Notes: generated by a model from the letters alone, not told the origin. A DNA stretch of 64,000 nt from Neocallimastix sp. 'constans' (GCA_050613775.1 JBODTK010000148.1:62001-126000); one strand, 5' to 3'; shown: positions 11,201 through 23,499, numbered from the stretch's first letter. Numbers and translations: made by a program.

Positions 11201-13189
11201 CATAAACTTATGTTTGGCATTGGAACACTTCACAATACTAAGAAAATTATATCCATTACCATCTGTAAAAGTACCTAAATCTAAGCAATAGTCTGAGGGT
11301 TCTCCCATATTACCATAAACACCATTAGATAAATATAAAAGAGAAGGTTTAATTTTAGATTCCACATGCCATGTACGATACTTTGCACTTTGAGCATTCG
11401 TTAACTCATATATATTGAAATTATCGATTTCTTTCAATTCTGGAACACCTAAATAATAATTTTCGGTGTAGCTTAGATTACCTTTAAATTTTAAAGTTGG
11501 ATACCTTGAATTAAAAGGTTCCATATTTTCCTGGCTATATACAACAGGTATAGCTTCAAGAGGATTTTCATTATGTCCTACTATAGCAAAATCTCCAAGA
11601 TAGTTAGCTCCCAATGATTCATTCCATATATTTTGATCATCATTTGCAAATTTAATAGGATTACCATTCAAACCACCATTACTATTTGAGGCAATTCTTA
11701 AATAGAGTTTATAATTTCCATTTTTCATTCCGTTAGGAAGTATACCTTCAATATGAATTACAGTTGTATTTTTTGACCACCACTGGCGTGGATCACTATT
11801 AGTAATCTTTAATGAATTAGTTAAATCATATCTCCTATCATTATTATCTGTCATGATAACATAAATTGATTTTTGCTTTATAAGATTAGCAAATCCTACA
11901 TTTTCAATACTAATTTCGGCACCAAATATTCCATTACTCTCAGCTTCTGTGGTAAGACGAACACTTCTTACAACATATCTATAACCAAGATGATTTTCAA
12001 TATATTTCAATTCGGTTTGTCCTTCATAATTACCGAAAAAATCGGTACATTTTCTTGATCTCAAAATACTAAGAGCATCTTCATAGAAACGGGAATTTAA
12101 ATAGCTCGTATGTGTTTTAAAAGCTTCAGTACTAATTTGCTTACCATCAATTTTTATGTCACCCATGAATTGATTTGTATAATTTCCAAATTCACCACCA
12201 AATAATGCATGGGTTGCTTGATTAGATATCCATTCTATTTCATTATCCCTGTTTTTATATGTACCAATGTCATCACTTGACGAAAAATAGGCATCATTAA
12301 AAATACCAATTCTGTATCCTGGTTCACCTGAAGACGATTTATGTTTTGAGATATCAGATATTTTAATATTAAGAATATCTTCATAAAAATTGATATATTG
12401 CTCTGGAGTTCTTACACTTACTGTAATTGATTCATTTAAAATTTCTAACCATTTTTTTATTGAATTGCTAATAAAGCTTCTTTTACTATTTTGAATATCA
12501 GTAACATCACTCTGAAACATTTCACCATAAATACCAAATAATCCACATTCAACAGAGGCAATAATATCATCGTAAAAATTTAAGATGCTTTTTACTTGAT
12601 CTAAATGCTCTAATACCTTTGTGATATCAGGTTCATTAGTTTTATTATCACCATTAAAATCTCTATGATATGCAAATCTAACAACTACAGTTTGGTGATT
12701 TTCTTTTAATTTTTCAAAAACCGAAATTAAATAATTAATGGCATCCTCATTTAAATTATTGTTTTGAAAATCAGAAATGTCTATTAAAAGACGAACTAAA
12801 TTTGAAAGTGGTATAAAGCTATTCGTATCATTGCTATTCACTTTTAATAAGATAAATCCTTGTTCATAAAAACCTATATAAGGATTAGCAACTACAGAAA
12901 GAGTTTCTTCATATTTAATGAATTTTACTGATTGAAGTTCAATGTCAGATCTTTTATATAAAATATTTTTTTCATTTTCAGTGGTTTTATTTGAACTTAG
13001 GTCCAAATCTAAATATATTTCCTTTTCTGGAGAGTTTCCATTTTTAGATATTTCATGATAATAATCATAATTTTCAGAGGACAGGTTATAAACATAAGAA
13101 TTTAGAGTAGGTTTACAGTTTATCCCTATATTATTACTAATTATTAATGATGAAAATAATATTATATTTTTTAAGTTAAATATTTTCAT
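5297..13189 (-). CDS. Giant secreted protein: signal/pro-peptide, DUF4874+DUF4832-like putative glycan-active domain, 13 tandem ~160-aa ricin-B/beta-trefoil-like repeats
   Basis: 2630-aa intronless ORF. N-domain motifs NPYIGFY, VVRFAY, GLFGIYGEMF, RIGIFNDAYFSSSDDIGTY, FGGE, HTSYLN, HLGYRY and ENVGFA resemble DUF4874/DUF4832 proteins. 13 copies of (Y/F)LGV(P/K)ELKE counted, ~480 nt apart. Confidence 0.85.
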   Translation of the reverse strand: MKIFNLKNIILFSSLIISNNIGINCKPTLNSYVYNLSSENYDYYHEISKNGNSPEKEIYLDLDLSSNKTTENEKNILYKRSDIELQSVKFIKYEETLSVVANPYIGFYEQGFILLKVNSNDTNSFIPLSNLVRLLIDISDFQNNNLNEDAINYLISVFEKLKENHQTVVVRFAYHRDFNGDNKTNEPDITKVLEHLDQVKSILNFYDDIIASVECGLFGIYGEMFQSDVTDIQNSKRSFISNSIKKWLEILNESITVSVRTPEQYINFYEDILNIKISDISKHKSSSGEPGYRIGIFNDAYFSSSDDIGTYKNRDNEIEWISNQATHALFGGEFGNYTNQFMGDIKIDGKQISTEAFKTHTSYLNSRFYEDALSILRSRKCTDFFGNYEGQTELKYIENHLGYRYVVRSVRLTTEAESNGIFGAEISIENVGFANLIKQKSIYVIMTDNNDRRYDLTNSLKITNSDPRQWWSKNTTVIHIEGILPNGMKNGNYKLYLRIASNSNGGLNGNPIKFANDDQNIWNESLGANYLGDFAIVGHNENPLEAIPVVYSQENMEPFNSRYPTLKFKGNLSYTENYYLGVPELKEIDNFNIYELTNAQSAKYRTWHVESKIKPSLLYLSNGVYGNMGEPSDYCLDLGTFTDGNGYNFLSIVKCSNAKHKFMYGKSFSNSIDVYDLNDNHLTDSDKNDLCLFYSMTPKLDKCSLSSSEENMSWNKYNVDLKYTTVKYKGMLNNDSNQYLGVPELKEYTKISISNGKDSTSAKYRTWHISSDETPSLLYLSTGTFGNIGEPTNYCLDLSISLNGQGYNYLSVVECSKAQHKFLYGKTLNNTIDVYTKNGNRLKDKKGNYLCLYYSMTPSIDKCNNSQNDENMHWDKYVLTATYTPIRFKGISTNHYLGVPELKEYNNFNIYELNNIESTKYRTWYVVSDNAPSFLYLSDGTFYDNGKPTNYCLDISTYLNDQDYNYLSVVECSKAQHKFLYGESLDNSIDVYKKDGNHLTDKNGDYLCIYYAMTPSINKCRNLDNNINMRWDEFIPTATYIPMRFKGTLNNAVNYFLGVPELKEHNNFNIYELNDTESAKYHTWHVTSINAPSFLYLSDGANDDIGEPTNYCLDLGTYTNGKGYNYLSVVDCSKAQHKFMFGDSLVDSIDVYKMNGDHLTDKDGDNVCLLYSMTPSIDKCKNSENEINMHWDKSSLTTNSIPIRFKGALSYTTNYYLGVPELKEHNNFNIYELNDIESAKYHTWHVSSINIPSLLYLSDGANDAIGEPTNYCLDLGTYTNGKGYNFLGVVNCSKAQHKFLYGGSYSNSIEVYTMDGNPLTNDNGVNLCLYYSMTPSLDECNLTIENMKWNKFIPSINYTPVRFKGTLTGTTNYYLGVPELKEHNNFNIYKLNDVESAKYHTWHIVSDNSPSFLYLSNGANDAIGKPTNYCLDLGTFTNNKGYNYLSVVDCSKAQHKFMFGESLVDSLDVYKINGNHLVDANGDNLCLFYSMTPSIDKCNNIEDAMNMHWDKYTPAATYTPERFKGTLKDTRNYYLGVPELKEYDSFNIHELNDINSAKYHTWYLFSNDSPSLFYLSDGANDDIGEPTNYCLDLSISTNDQGYNYLSVIRCSKAQHKFMFGKLLENSIDIYKNNGDHLTDKDGNYLCLYYSMTPSVDKCNNLESDINMRWDKYTPTATYTHIRFKGTLKNTINYYLGVPELKEYYNLNIYKLNDKESAKYHTWQVTSINSPSLLYLSDGAYNDNGKLTNYCLDLSTYTNSQGYNYLSVVYCSKAQHKFMFGESLENSIDVYRKNGDHLKDKDGNDLCLYYSMTPSVDKCNKLEEESNMHWNKFTPTVTYTPIRFKGALTYTTNYYLGVPELKERDNFNIYELNDVDSAKYHTWHVISDDNAPSLLYLSDGANEEIGEPTNYCLDLGTYTNGKGYNYLSVVRCSKAQHKFKFGASLVDSIDVYMNNGDHLVDKDGNNLCLFYSMTPSIDKCNNLEESMYMHWNKYTPSQTYTPLRFKGTLKNTINYYLGVPELKEYGNFNIYELNDMESAKYRTWHVLSVTSPSLLYLSDGANEAVGEPTNYCLDLGYYTNSQGYNYLSVVYCSEAQHKFKIGESFENSIDVYGKNGDHLKDKDGNDLCLYYSMTPSVDKCRHSGNDDVNMHWDNYIFKVTYTPLRFKGTLEYAPNYYLGVPELKEHHNFNIYEINDTESAKYHTWQVTSVKYPSFWYLSDGANDDIGKPTNYCLDLGTYTNGKGYNFLSVVNCAKVQHKFMFGESLENSIDVYKKNGDHLKDKNGDDVCLYYSMTPGIDKCKNSENDMNMRWEKATLTTNSISLRFKGTLTGTPNYYLGVKELKEHDNFNIYDLNDIESAKYHTWHVLSDKSPSLLYLSDGANDDIGEPSNYCLDLGTYTNGKGYNFLSVVDCSRAQHKFMYGGSYSNSIEVYNANGDPLTNENGVNLCLYYSMTPCLDECNLTIENMKWDKYQLSTTYTPVKFKGTLSGITNYFLGVKELKEHNNFNIYELSDTESGKYHTWFVTSDNSPSLLYLSDGVNDTVGEPTNYCLDLGTYTNGKGYNFLSVVDCSKAQHKFMYGGSYSNSIEVYNANGNPLTNENGVNLCLYYSMTPCLDECNLTIENMKWDKY

Positions 13190-13353
13190 TTTTATATTTA
13201 TTAATATATTTCAGCATTTAATAATTAATATATTAATAATAATTTCATAATTAAATTTATATTTATATTTATAATTTAATTATTTTTTATTTTTTATTTT
13301 TTATTTTTTATTTTTTTATTTTTTATTTTTTCGTTTTTTATTTTTTGTATTTT

Positions 13354-13390
<37 letters not shown>

Positions 13391-13549
13391 TTTCTGATTT
13401 TATTATTATTACTATTTTTACAAATTTTAAAATAGAAATAATTTATTTTTATTATATAATATTAAATATTCAGAAAAAAAATAAATAAACAACAAAAAAA
13501 CAAAAAAGAAATGCTAAATAATAAAAAAAAAAAAAAAGATAAAATAAAG

Positions 13550-13581
13550 TAGCTGAAATTATATCTTTTTATAGTTTTTAA
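13550..13581 (-). promoter_or_regulatory. Conserved TATA-like upstream block of the 2630-aa gene
   Basis: Minus strand reads taaaaacTATAAAAAGatataatttcagcta, ~360-390 nt upstream of the ATG. A near-identical block lies upstream of the paralog at 33427. Confidence 0.55.
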
Positions 13582-14679
13582 TAAGTAATTAATTAATAAT
13601 GACAATGATAATAATTACTATTATTATATTGATTATCATTATGATTAATATATTTTATTAAAAAATGACTCTTGGAATTTTTAATATCAATAATAAATTA
13701 ATTAAATTAAAAAAAATAATAATGATAATAATAACTTTTTTGGTTATTTTTTGAATTATATGAATAATATATTAATTTTAATTAAATAAAAAAAAATTAA
13801 AAATGCTTAAACAATCTTACTGAATATAAAGATTTAGCAATAAAAACTATTCTAGTATCAATATTTAACATGATTTTTTTATTTTTGTTCAAAAAAAAAA
13901 AAAAAAAAGAAGTTTATTATTAAAGAATTAGTAATATTATATCATAAATATAAAACAATATTGTTTTTTTTTGTTTGTTTTGTTTTTCTTTTTTTTTTTT
14001 TTTTCTGAATAAGAATAAATAAAATAAAATTTTATAAATTTATAATATTAAAGTTTTCATCAATTTAAAAATCATGGAAAGAATACTTTTTCTAATATAT
14101 TGCATGAGGAAACTAAAAAACTTTATTAATTAAGATTTATTGAATAATTATTACTAAAACTTTATTTATTAAAAAATTTAATATAGATTTTAATATATTT
14201 ATATAATAAATAATTTAATTTATCAATTCTTTCCACTTGCGTATACCAAAAAAAAATAATAACAATAATAATAAAAAATAAAATAATAAAAAATAAAAAA
14301 TAATAATAATAATAAATTTAAATTATTATCATATTTTAAAAAAAATATTTAAAATTTAAAGTTTGTAATTATTACTAATACTGATATAATAATAAAATCA
14401 TAAAAATATTGTTAATTTATAATTCTTTTAAAAAGTGATGTTCAATATTATAATATATAGAAATACTTTTTTTTTTTTTCTTTAATATAATGATATAAAT
14501 AAAAACTTTGTTTTTTTTTTTTTTCTTTAATTATTTATTTTCTATTCTCTTATTTCTAATAAAAATAAAAATAACCACATTATTATTTATCTAAAAAAAA
14601 AAAAGAATATAGGATTATTAGAATCTTCTATATTTCAAAATAACAATAATAAAAAAAATTGAAATTTCTGTTTATTTTT

Positions 14680-14730
<51 letters not shown>

Positions 14731-15280
14731 TTTTTTTATTTTTTTTATTTATTTATTTATTTATTTATTTATTTGTTTGTTTGTTTGTTTATTTGTTAAA
14801 TTACAAAAGAAATATAAAACTACATATTATTAAAATTAGACGAAAGAAAATTTATAATAACAAAAAATAATATAATTATTCGTTTCAAATTTGTGATATA
14901 TATATGTACGGAATAAAATATGGTTTTAAATCTTATTTATATTAAATTTATTTTTATTAAATATTTTTAATCAAAGTTTACTATTCTAATTCTAATTCTA
15001 ATAATATAGATACAAAATTAATTATATTTATGAAATATTATTTCTTAATACTTAAATAAAAGATACATGTATTCACTTTTTTTTTTTTATCATATTATTT
15101 TGTTCTTTCTTCTTTACTTTATTTATCATATTATTATTATTTCTTATAAACTATTTACTGCACTTGCTTTTGTAAATATAGTTATAAATTTCTATTTTAT
15201 TTATTTTTATCTCCAATTTCCTTTTTTCCTTTTATGTTATTTAATAAATTAATATTCTATTTATTTAATTTTTCTAAACT

Positions 15281-15322
<42 letters not shown>

Positions 15323-17279
15323 AAAGAAGTGAAAATATAAAAAAGAACTCTTTACCATTTTTTTATTTCAAATATATTATCACATATATTATTATTTTAA
15401 TCTAATGCATTGAAAACATTTTATATTCAAGCTTTTATTATTAATATTATTAGTAACATTAATTTTTTTTTTTTTTTTTTAATTTTTCAAATTAATATTA
15501 TTGTCATCATTAATTTTTAATTTTAATTTTTGGATTTTACAAATTAATTTTTATTATTTTCATTATTTTTACAAATAAAAATTTTTCATAGTTCTCCCGC
15601 AATTTTTGTTATATTTTTTTAAATAATAATAAAAATAATAAAAATTAATTTTATTATTATTATTGCTATTTTATTGCTATTTTATTGCTATTAACAAATT
15701 TTAATATATTATCTATATTAATTATACACATATCATTAATTTAACATATAAAAAATATAAAAAATATAAAAAATATATAAAAAATTTTTGTGGATTATTA
15801 TTTAGTAAAATATTTGTTAACAAATAATATAACAGTTTATAATCTACATTAATTAATTTAATAAAATATAATTTATTAAAGTTTTTAAAATTTATTCTTA
15901 TTATATTAATTACTTTATTTATATCCATATTATTAATATATTAATATTAATTATTATTATTAATATTATTATTATTTTTGTTTTATTTATTTTATTTATT
16001 TCCATAATATTATTATTTTTTTTATTATCATATGTTTTATTACTATATTAATAATAATTTTTATTCACATTAAAATGTTTTTTTTTTTTTTAAACATTAT
16101 GTTAATATTTTCTTTTTCATAAATTATTTCACAATCATTTTCTTTTATATTATTGTTTATTGTTAATTTCATTAATTTCTTTTTCTATTAGAAAAAAAAT
16201 TTTTTCAATTACAATTTCTTTCACTATTAATGATTTTATTAACAATTTTTTAATGAACTAAGCCTTCTGGATTAATCCTTCTAATATCAAAGTTCATACG
16301 TTTTCCCAGAAAATATTTTTTTAAGGTAAAACATTCTATAAGTAAAGATTATTAAAAAAGATAAATTCATCTGTGAGAAAATTAGTAACCTCGATAACAG
16401 AGAATACTAACAAAGACTCCCAATATTAACTAGTACTGTTGGAGAAAATCTTTTATTAATCTTGTCTAAAGTGATGTTGATAGATGATAGAGATATTAAT
16501 AATACACATGTTTAGTTTAAATAAAAAAAAAATAATGTCAAAAAAGAATAAAATAAAATAGAATAAAAAAAAAACTTTTTTTGGTAATTATTTCTTGTGT
16601 TTTTGTTATTATAAAAAAGTTAAGATTTATAAATTATAAAATGTATAATATAAATTATAAAGAATCAATAATATTATTCGTATCACAATTTTTATCTTAT
16701 TATTATTTAAAGTTTGATTAATTTTTAAATTATTAATTTTGTAATATAATTATTAAAATTATTGAGATTTTTATTTTGTGTTACATCATTAAAGATTATG
16801 ACATTTTGATTAGTTCATCTTATTATATAAAATATAAAATATATATAAAACAAATAAATTTTTTTTTTACAAATAAAAAAAAAAAAAAAAAAAAAAATTA
16901 ATTAAAAATTTTGAATATAGTATTATGCAACTAAATTTAAATTAGTTTATTTGTGGAACTATTAAAATAATTAAAAAATATAAAAATTTAACAAATCCAA
17001 AAAAAAAAAAAATTAAAACAAAAAAAAAGGATAAGAATTTATGTTATTATAAAATGAAACGATTTATTATATTATCTAATTTTATGAGCTTTTTTTTAAC
17101 TTTTCATTCAATAAGTTTTCTCCTTTTTTTTTTTTTTTTGGTTTCATATTTAAATATTATATTATTATTTTATAAACTTTATGTTTTTCAAACTTTTTAT
17201 TGAACTTTTTTATAAAATATTAAAGATCTATCTTTGGTAATATTACATTCCTTTTTTTTTATATACATATAAATACTTA

Positions 17280-17775
17280 GTTTTATTTATTTATTATTTA
17301 TTTTTTATTATTTATTATTTATTCATAATTTATTATTTATTATTTATTATATAATTATTATTTATTATTAATTATTTATTATTTATTATTTATTATTTAT
17401 TATTTATTATTTATTATTTATTATTTATTATTTATTATTTATTATTTATTATTTATTATTTATTATTTATTATTTATTATTTATTATTTATTATTTATTA
17501 TTTATTATTTATTATTTATTATTTATTATTTATTATTTATTATTTATTATTTGTCATTTATTATTTATTATTTATTATTTATTATTTATTATTTATTATT
17601 TGTCATTTATTATTTATTTATTATTATTTATTATTTATTATTTATTATTTATTATTTATTATTTATTATTTATTATTTATTATTTATTATTTATTATTTA
17701 TTATTTATTATTTATTATTTATTATTTATTATTTATTATTTATTATTTATTATTTATTATTTATTATTTTATTAT
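17280..17775. repeat. (TTATTTA)n microsatellite
   Basis: Read directly; explains the ORFs at 17551 and 17600. Confidence 0.9.
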
Positions 17776-18361
17776 ATATTATTATTTTTTTTTTACTAAT
17801 ACTTATTATAAATATAGTAGTATTTTTGGTTCAAATATCAAATTTAATCTAGTTTTATATTAATCTTTTTAATTAATTATTTTTTATTTATTATTTTATT
17901 ATTTATTATTTATTTATATTTTATTGTGAAAAGGGTTAAAAACATTTAATGATATTATTTTAACCATAAAAATAAATTGATTAATCTAAAAATAATATTT
18001 TTTAATAATACCTGATAAATTTAAAATTATTAAAGTTTATTTAATTTTATTATATATTTTTATAAATTAAATGAATTACATTTTAAACTTTCACATCTAT
18101 ACTAGAATAATAAGCGATACTTTTTTATTTTTTTTTAAATATTATCTTAAATATTATATATATAATTTTTATTAATACTTTTTTATTATTTTTATTTTTA
18201 TTTTCTTTTTTATTAATTAATAAATTATATTATATTTGTATAAATTACTTTTTAAACTTTTAATATAAAGATTAAAATAAAATATAAAAAAAAAAAATAA
18301 AATAAAATAAAAATAAAATTATATATAATAAAATAAAATGATTTATAATAAAATAATATAA

Positions 18362-21300
18362 AATGCATAAAAGTTTATAGTCAAAACACTGTACATTATG
18401 ATATAATTATAATTTTATATATTAATAATGTAAATAAAATTTATATACAGTTAAAGTAAAGATACTAAATTTAAAAATAAAAAATAGCATATTACTGTTG
18501 AGTATACTAACCCTAACAGATTGATACAAAAAAAATTTTTTAAATGACATTAAATTTTTTTTATTAAAATTTTTTATATTTAAAATTAATATATTATATT
18601 ATTAAAATTTTTTATATTTAAAATTAATATATTATTAAAATTTTTTAAATTTAAAATTAATATATTATAAAATTAGCTGAAAAAAAAAAAAAAAAGATTT
18701 GCCGTACGTGTTCCTCAGCAGACGCTGCAGCAGCAGCCGAAGAAGATGTGATGACAGGAGCCGAGGTTTCAGTTCTCTTGTTCTTTGTCAGCATCCTCGT
18801 CAAAGCATTCTCGGCGCGGAGAGTTCAAATTTATCTATTTCTATTGAAAACAAGGATAATAAATCTATCTCTTTCGAAAAAAGTGCTTCAGAAGACAAAA
18901 ATATAATTATAATTATAAAAAAAAAATATTTCATTATTTTGGAAATATCAATAAATCTGTATTTGAAATTAAAAATTTCAAACTTAATAAAGAAAAATTT
19001 TTATCTTTGTATGAACCTCTGAGAAGGTATTCAATCACTCTTAATCATGATAAAAATATCAAAAACATAGATATATCATTGGAACAAATAAAATCTAATA
19101 AAATGGTACAACGATAATTATAAACCGTCTTAATGAATCATCCAAAGATTATTTAATAGGATATAAAGCATCTTTCCAATTGGTATAAAAACTAAAAGAA
19201 TCGTTTCTATCAATCAGGACAAGCCTTACTCAATTCGCATAAATTAAAAAAAAGTAACTTAATTATTAACAACGATTATTTACAATATATAAATGATTTA
19301 AATAATTTATTTGATCAACATCAATATGAAAGTGAAAAATTATATAAAACACCATTAGATAAAGAAACAAAATTACAATACTTTATCCATGAATTATATA
19401 AAATTGGTATCAACTCCCCATCTTTTATTATTTCAATACTTTTAATGAACTGGTAGTGGAATTATATAAAAGACACGATTTTTTTAAAACGGCACATATA
19501 TATATTAAAGTCTTCAAATAAATATTATTAATGTGTTAATAGTATAAATTAAAAAAAAAAAAAAAGCAAGAAAATGTTAGGACTTTTAATTAAACCAACA
19601 TTTAGAGAAAGTAGACACTGTTATTGTCATAACTGCAAGACAAAAAGCCACTCAACAGATCAATGTAAATTTAACCTTCTGAAGGAAGAAGATAACAATA
19701 ATAATAAGTAAAATCAATATAAAATTATAAAGTATTCAAATTCAAAAAATCATTATAAAAATAAGTATCATACTGACATTGTATAAAAAATGACAATCGT
19801 GAAGAAGGCAATAAAAACTATAGATTCAAATGATATAAATAATGACGGAACATATATATATATATATATTTTTTTTTTGAAACATTTCTGTCATCAGTAA
19901 TTGTAATCATGTATAAATATCAATAACAAAAATTCAATACATTGGATTTTCGATAGTAGTATAGGCATCAACTTTAACCAGCGGTTATAAAAATTTAAAA
20001 AAAAGTATAAATAATTTTTTTAAAAAAAAAAAAATATTATATATCCAAATGGTGATTTAGGCACCATTGAATGCGTTGACATCTATAAAGGAATTTTTCT
20101 GACTCAATTATTAATTTTAATGATTTATGAATTGAGAGGGAAAATTCTGATCTAAATTCTAACAATGATAATTATAAACTAATTCTAACAATGACAATGA
20201 CAATAATAACAATCAAAAATAAAATTCCAAATTTTCAAAATAATTATTTAAATGAAAATATTTCACAATGAAAAGAATCACTAAAATAATAATAATAGGA
20301 TAAATGGAAATAATAAAATGAGTATAAATAGCAATAGTAACAACAACAATATCGACAACAACAACAACAATAATAATAATAATATTGATATTAAAAATAA
20401 TATTTATAATCATGAAAATGATGATTTAAATGACAATAAAAATATTAATAGTAATAATAAGCAAAATAGTTATAAAATTAATAATTATAATAATTAAAAT
20501 TTTATAAGAAAAAGAAACATAATCCATGATAACGATTATTCTTTTGATTCAGATAATAAACTTCTTATACAAAGAACATTAGAATTGGAAAATAATAATA
20601 AAAAAGTATAAAAATTTTGAAATTAATATATATGTACCATATTCTCAAGCCCTTAATTCAACAGATATTAAAAAATGAAAAATTGCTATTAAAGAAGAAT
20701 TTTCCAAATCTATATGACAATAAAATTATGAAATTAGTTAATAATATTCCCAAAGAAAAATGTTCATATCATCGATATAAATGGGTATTTACAAAAAAAA
20801 TGAAAAAAAAAAATAAAAGCAAGACTTGTTACTCATGACTTTCAACAAGTTCCAAATGAAAATTTTATAGAATCATATTCTCCAACAATTTCAGACTGAT
20901 GGTCTTGGACTTACTGTAGCAGCAGTAGCTAATTGGAATCAATATTTATAAAACACAAAAAAAAAAAAATGGATAAAAAATAAATCAAATTGATTATATT
21001 GATAAAATAAACAATAAATATAATATGAATAAAACAAGAGTAATTAAAATTCCATGTAGGAAAGTAAATATAAAAGAACAAGAAAAATTCATTACCCTAG
21101 TAAATGTAAAAAGAGTATAAATCATTATTCGGTACATTATTATATATTACAATTAAATCAAAACCTGATATAACTTTTGTAGTAAATCAGACAACCTGAA
21201 TTTGTGAAGATCCTACTGTGGTTGATTACAAAACTTTAATACAAATTTTTACAGTGCTTAAAAAGAACAAAAAAAAAAAAAAAAAAAAAAAAAACTTTAT

Positions 21301-21763
21301 TTATTATAATAAAAATAGTAATTTTATGAGTTATTCAGATTCAAATTTTGCTAACCATGAAAAAACTAGAAGATCTAGTAGTGGGTATATATTTATATTA
21401 GATGACGGTCCAATCTCATGGAAATTTCAATTACAAAAAAATAGTAACATTATCAACTGCCAAAGTTGAAAATGTAAGTTTAACTGAATGTAATATGAAA
21501 GGAATGTGGTCTCGAAATTTATTAAAGGAAAAAATAAATAAAAGAATAAAAATAAAAAATTATGGTTGATACAAATTCTAAAGGTAAAAATAAACAGGTA
21601 GATACTCAATACAAATTCATTCAAGAAGACATTAAAAACAATAAAATTATATTGTAATATATATAAATACTGAAAATAGGTTTTCTGATCTATTAACTAA
21701 AAGTATTCCAGGTATAAAAGTGAAAAAATATACAGATTCAATTTTCAATATAAAGTAAAATTA

Positions 21764-21809
<46 letters not shown>

Positions 21810-22072
21810 GAATAATGTAGGAGATTGTTATTTTAAGTTTATTGTCAAAATATTGTAAATTATAATATCATTATAATTTTTTGTATTAATATGTAAATAA
21901 AATTTATATATATAATTAATGTTAAAATATTAATTTATTTGAGTTGAAAGTTAATATATAAAATAATTAATAAATAAATAAATAAATATAATATTATTGA
22001 ATTTATAATATAATTAATACAATATTATTTAGTAGTGTCCTATTGCCGTTGAGTGTACTGGCATATATTACA
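18362..22072 (+). mobile_element. Decayed Ty1/Copia LTR retrotransposon
   Basis: Gag CCHC knuckle CHNCKTKSHSTDQC (19625-19666). Protease-like WIFDS (~19943). RT motifs KWVFTKK, KARLVTHDFQQ, ESYSPTI and KPDITFVVN. RNase H motifs YSDSNFAN..RRSSSGY..GPISWK and SDLLTK. Similar LTR-like segments at ~18362-18518 and 21826-22072, the latter after a purine tract (gtaggaga) and starting TG. Many stops and frameshifts; no integrase core seen. Confidence 0.85.
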
Positions 22073-22389
22073 AAAATAAAATAATATTAATATAAAATAA
22101 AATGATATAAATAATATTTATATAATTGAATAGAAGTTCATTAATTTTTTATTTAAGTTGTATTTATGTTAGTTGATAGAAGTTTTTTATATATAATATA
22201 GTACTTCTTAAAGTATTAAAATTAATGTAAATTTTGTACTTTTTTTTTTTTTTAAATATATATGTATATATATTAAAATTAACAGTATATATAATATATA
22301 TCAAAATTAACAGTATATATATATATACATATATATTTAGACTAGGAAATAAACTTTATTTAATAATACTTATTAATAAATAACATTTC

Positions 22390-22934
22390 GAATCTATATC
22401 AGGAATTTCTTCTTAGCCTTATCTTTTCAATGTCGACACTTATAACAACGGACGGTCTAATGGTATACAAAGTAATCATAGTCATAGGCATAATATTAGT
22501 AAGAAATTCCGCAAGTCCTACAAAATATGAAATCGTGAAAAAAAAAAAAAAAAAAAAAAAAAAGATTCTCTTGAAGGGGATTGAAAAATACAATATTATT
22601 AATAAAACACCTTTTTTTTTTCTCCCCTCCCAAAACCGATCTTTAGATTTCATATACTACATTTCGGCCAAGCTTGACGGAAATTTAATATATGAGACAT
22701 AGTACATAAAAAAAAAAAAAAAAAAAAAAAAAGAAAATTGATATTATCATCAAAATCTTAACTTATTATCATCAGGAATAGTCAATGATTTCTCATGAAA
22801 AATAGGAAAAAAAAAATTAATAAAAAATTTCTTCAATAAATTGAATGAATTAGTTGCCTAAATTATTCCAATTTTTTTGGACATAAAAAGAATCCAGTAT
22901 GTAAAAAAATAGTAGGTATGCTGTTATTTTCACC

Positions 22935-22965
<31 letters not shown>

Positions 22966-23225
22966 CGGCATGTTAGGCAATTTTAGACAATCTTCTGATA
23001 CCAGTTTGCTTTCTAAATAAGGTTTCACATCAAATTCCAATTCACATTTAATTTGTCCAATCTAGAAAAAAAAAAAAAAAAAAAAAAAAAAATCCAAGAG
23101 AAAATTGGTATTTTATAGGTAGAGGTTAAAAAAATTTTTTTTTTTTTTTTTTTTTTTAAAAAAATAAAACCAAATAGAAAGGTACGTTCCCTATTGGTTA
23201 AAAATCTAAAGAAAGAGTTAACCAT
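22390..23225. mobile_element. Probable unclassified TE or gene relic
   Basis: Mixed-base patches broken up by poly-A runs; no intact ORF or diagnostic motif recognised. Confidence 0.25.
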
Positions 23226-23390
23226 ACAATTTATTTTACTGTTATTAACGGTAATATAATATTTATAAATTAATTTAAACTAAACTTTAATTCAAACATT
23301 TTCAAAATATAAAATTTGATTTAATTAAAGTTATCATTATTTCATTATTTCAAAAAATTATTAATAATAATTTGTATAATAATTTGTATA

Positions 23391-23422
<32 letters not shown>

Positions 23423-23499
23423 AACTGTGAAGAAGTATATGTACTTCTATTGCGTTATTAATTAATTTTAAAGGTATAGAAATATTTATATTATAAACT

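Noticed and set aside
5297..11500. Giant repeat protein as a cellulosome scaffoldin or dockerin array
   Set aside because: No CBM10-type dockerin pattern and no C-terminal membrane anchor; the repeats look trefoil-like instead.
16240..16500. Mixed-base patch, possibly a TE remnant
   Set aside because: No ORF or diagnostic motif; resemblance to the LINE 3' region is too weak to call.
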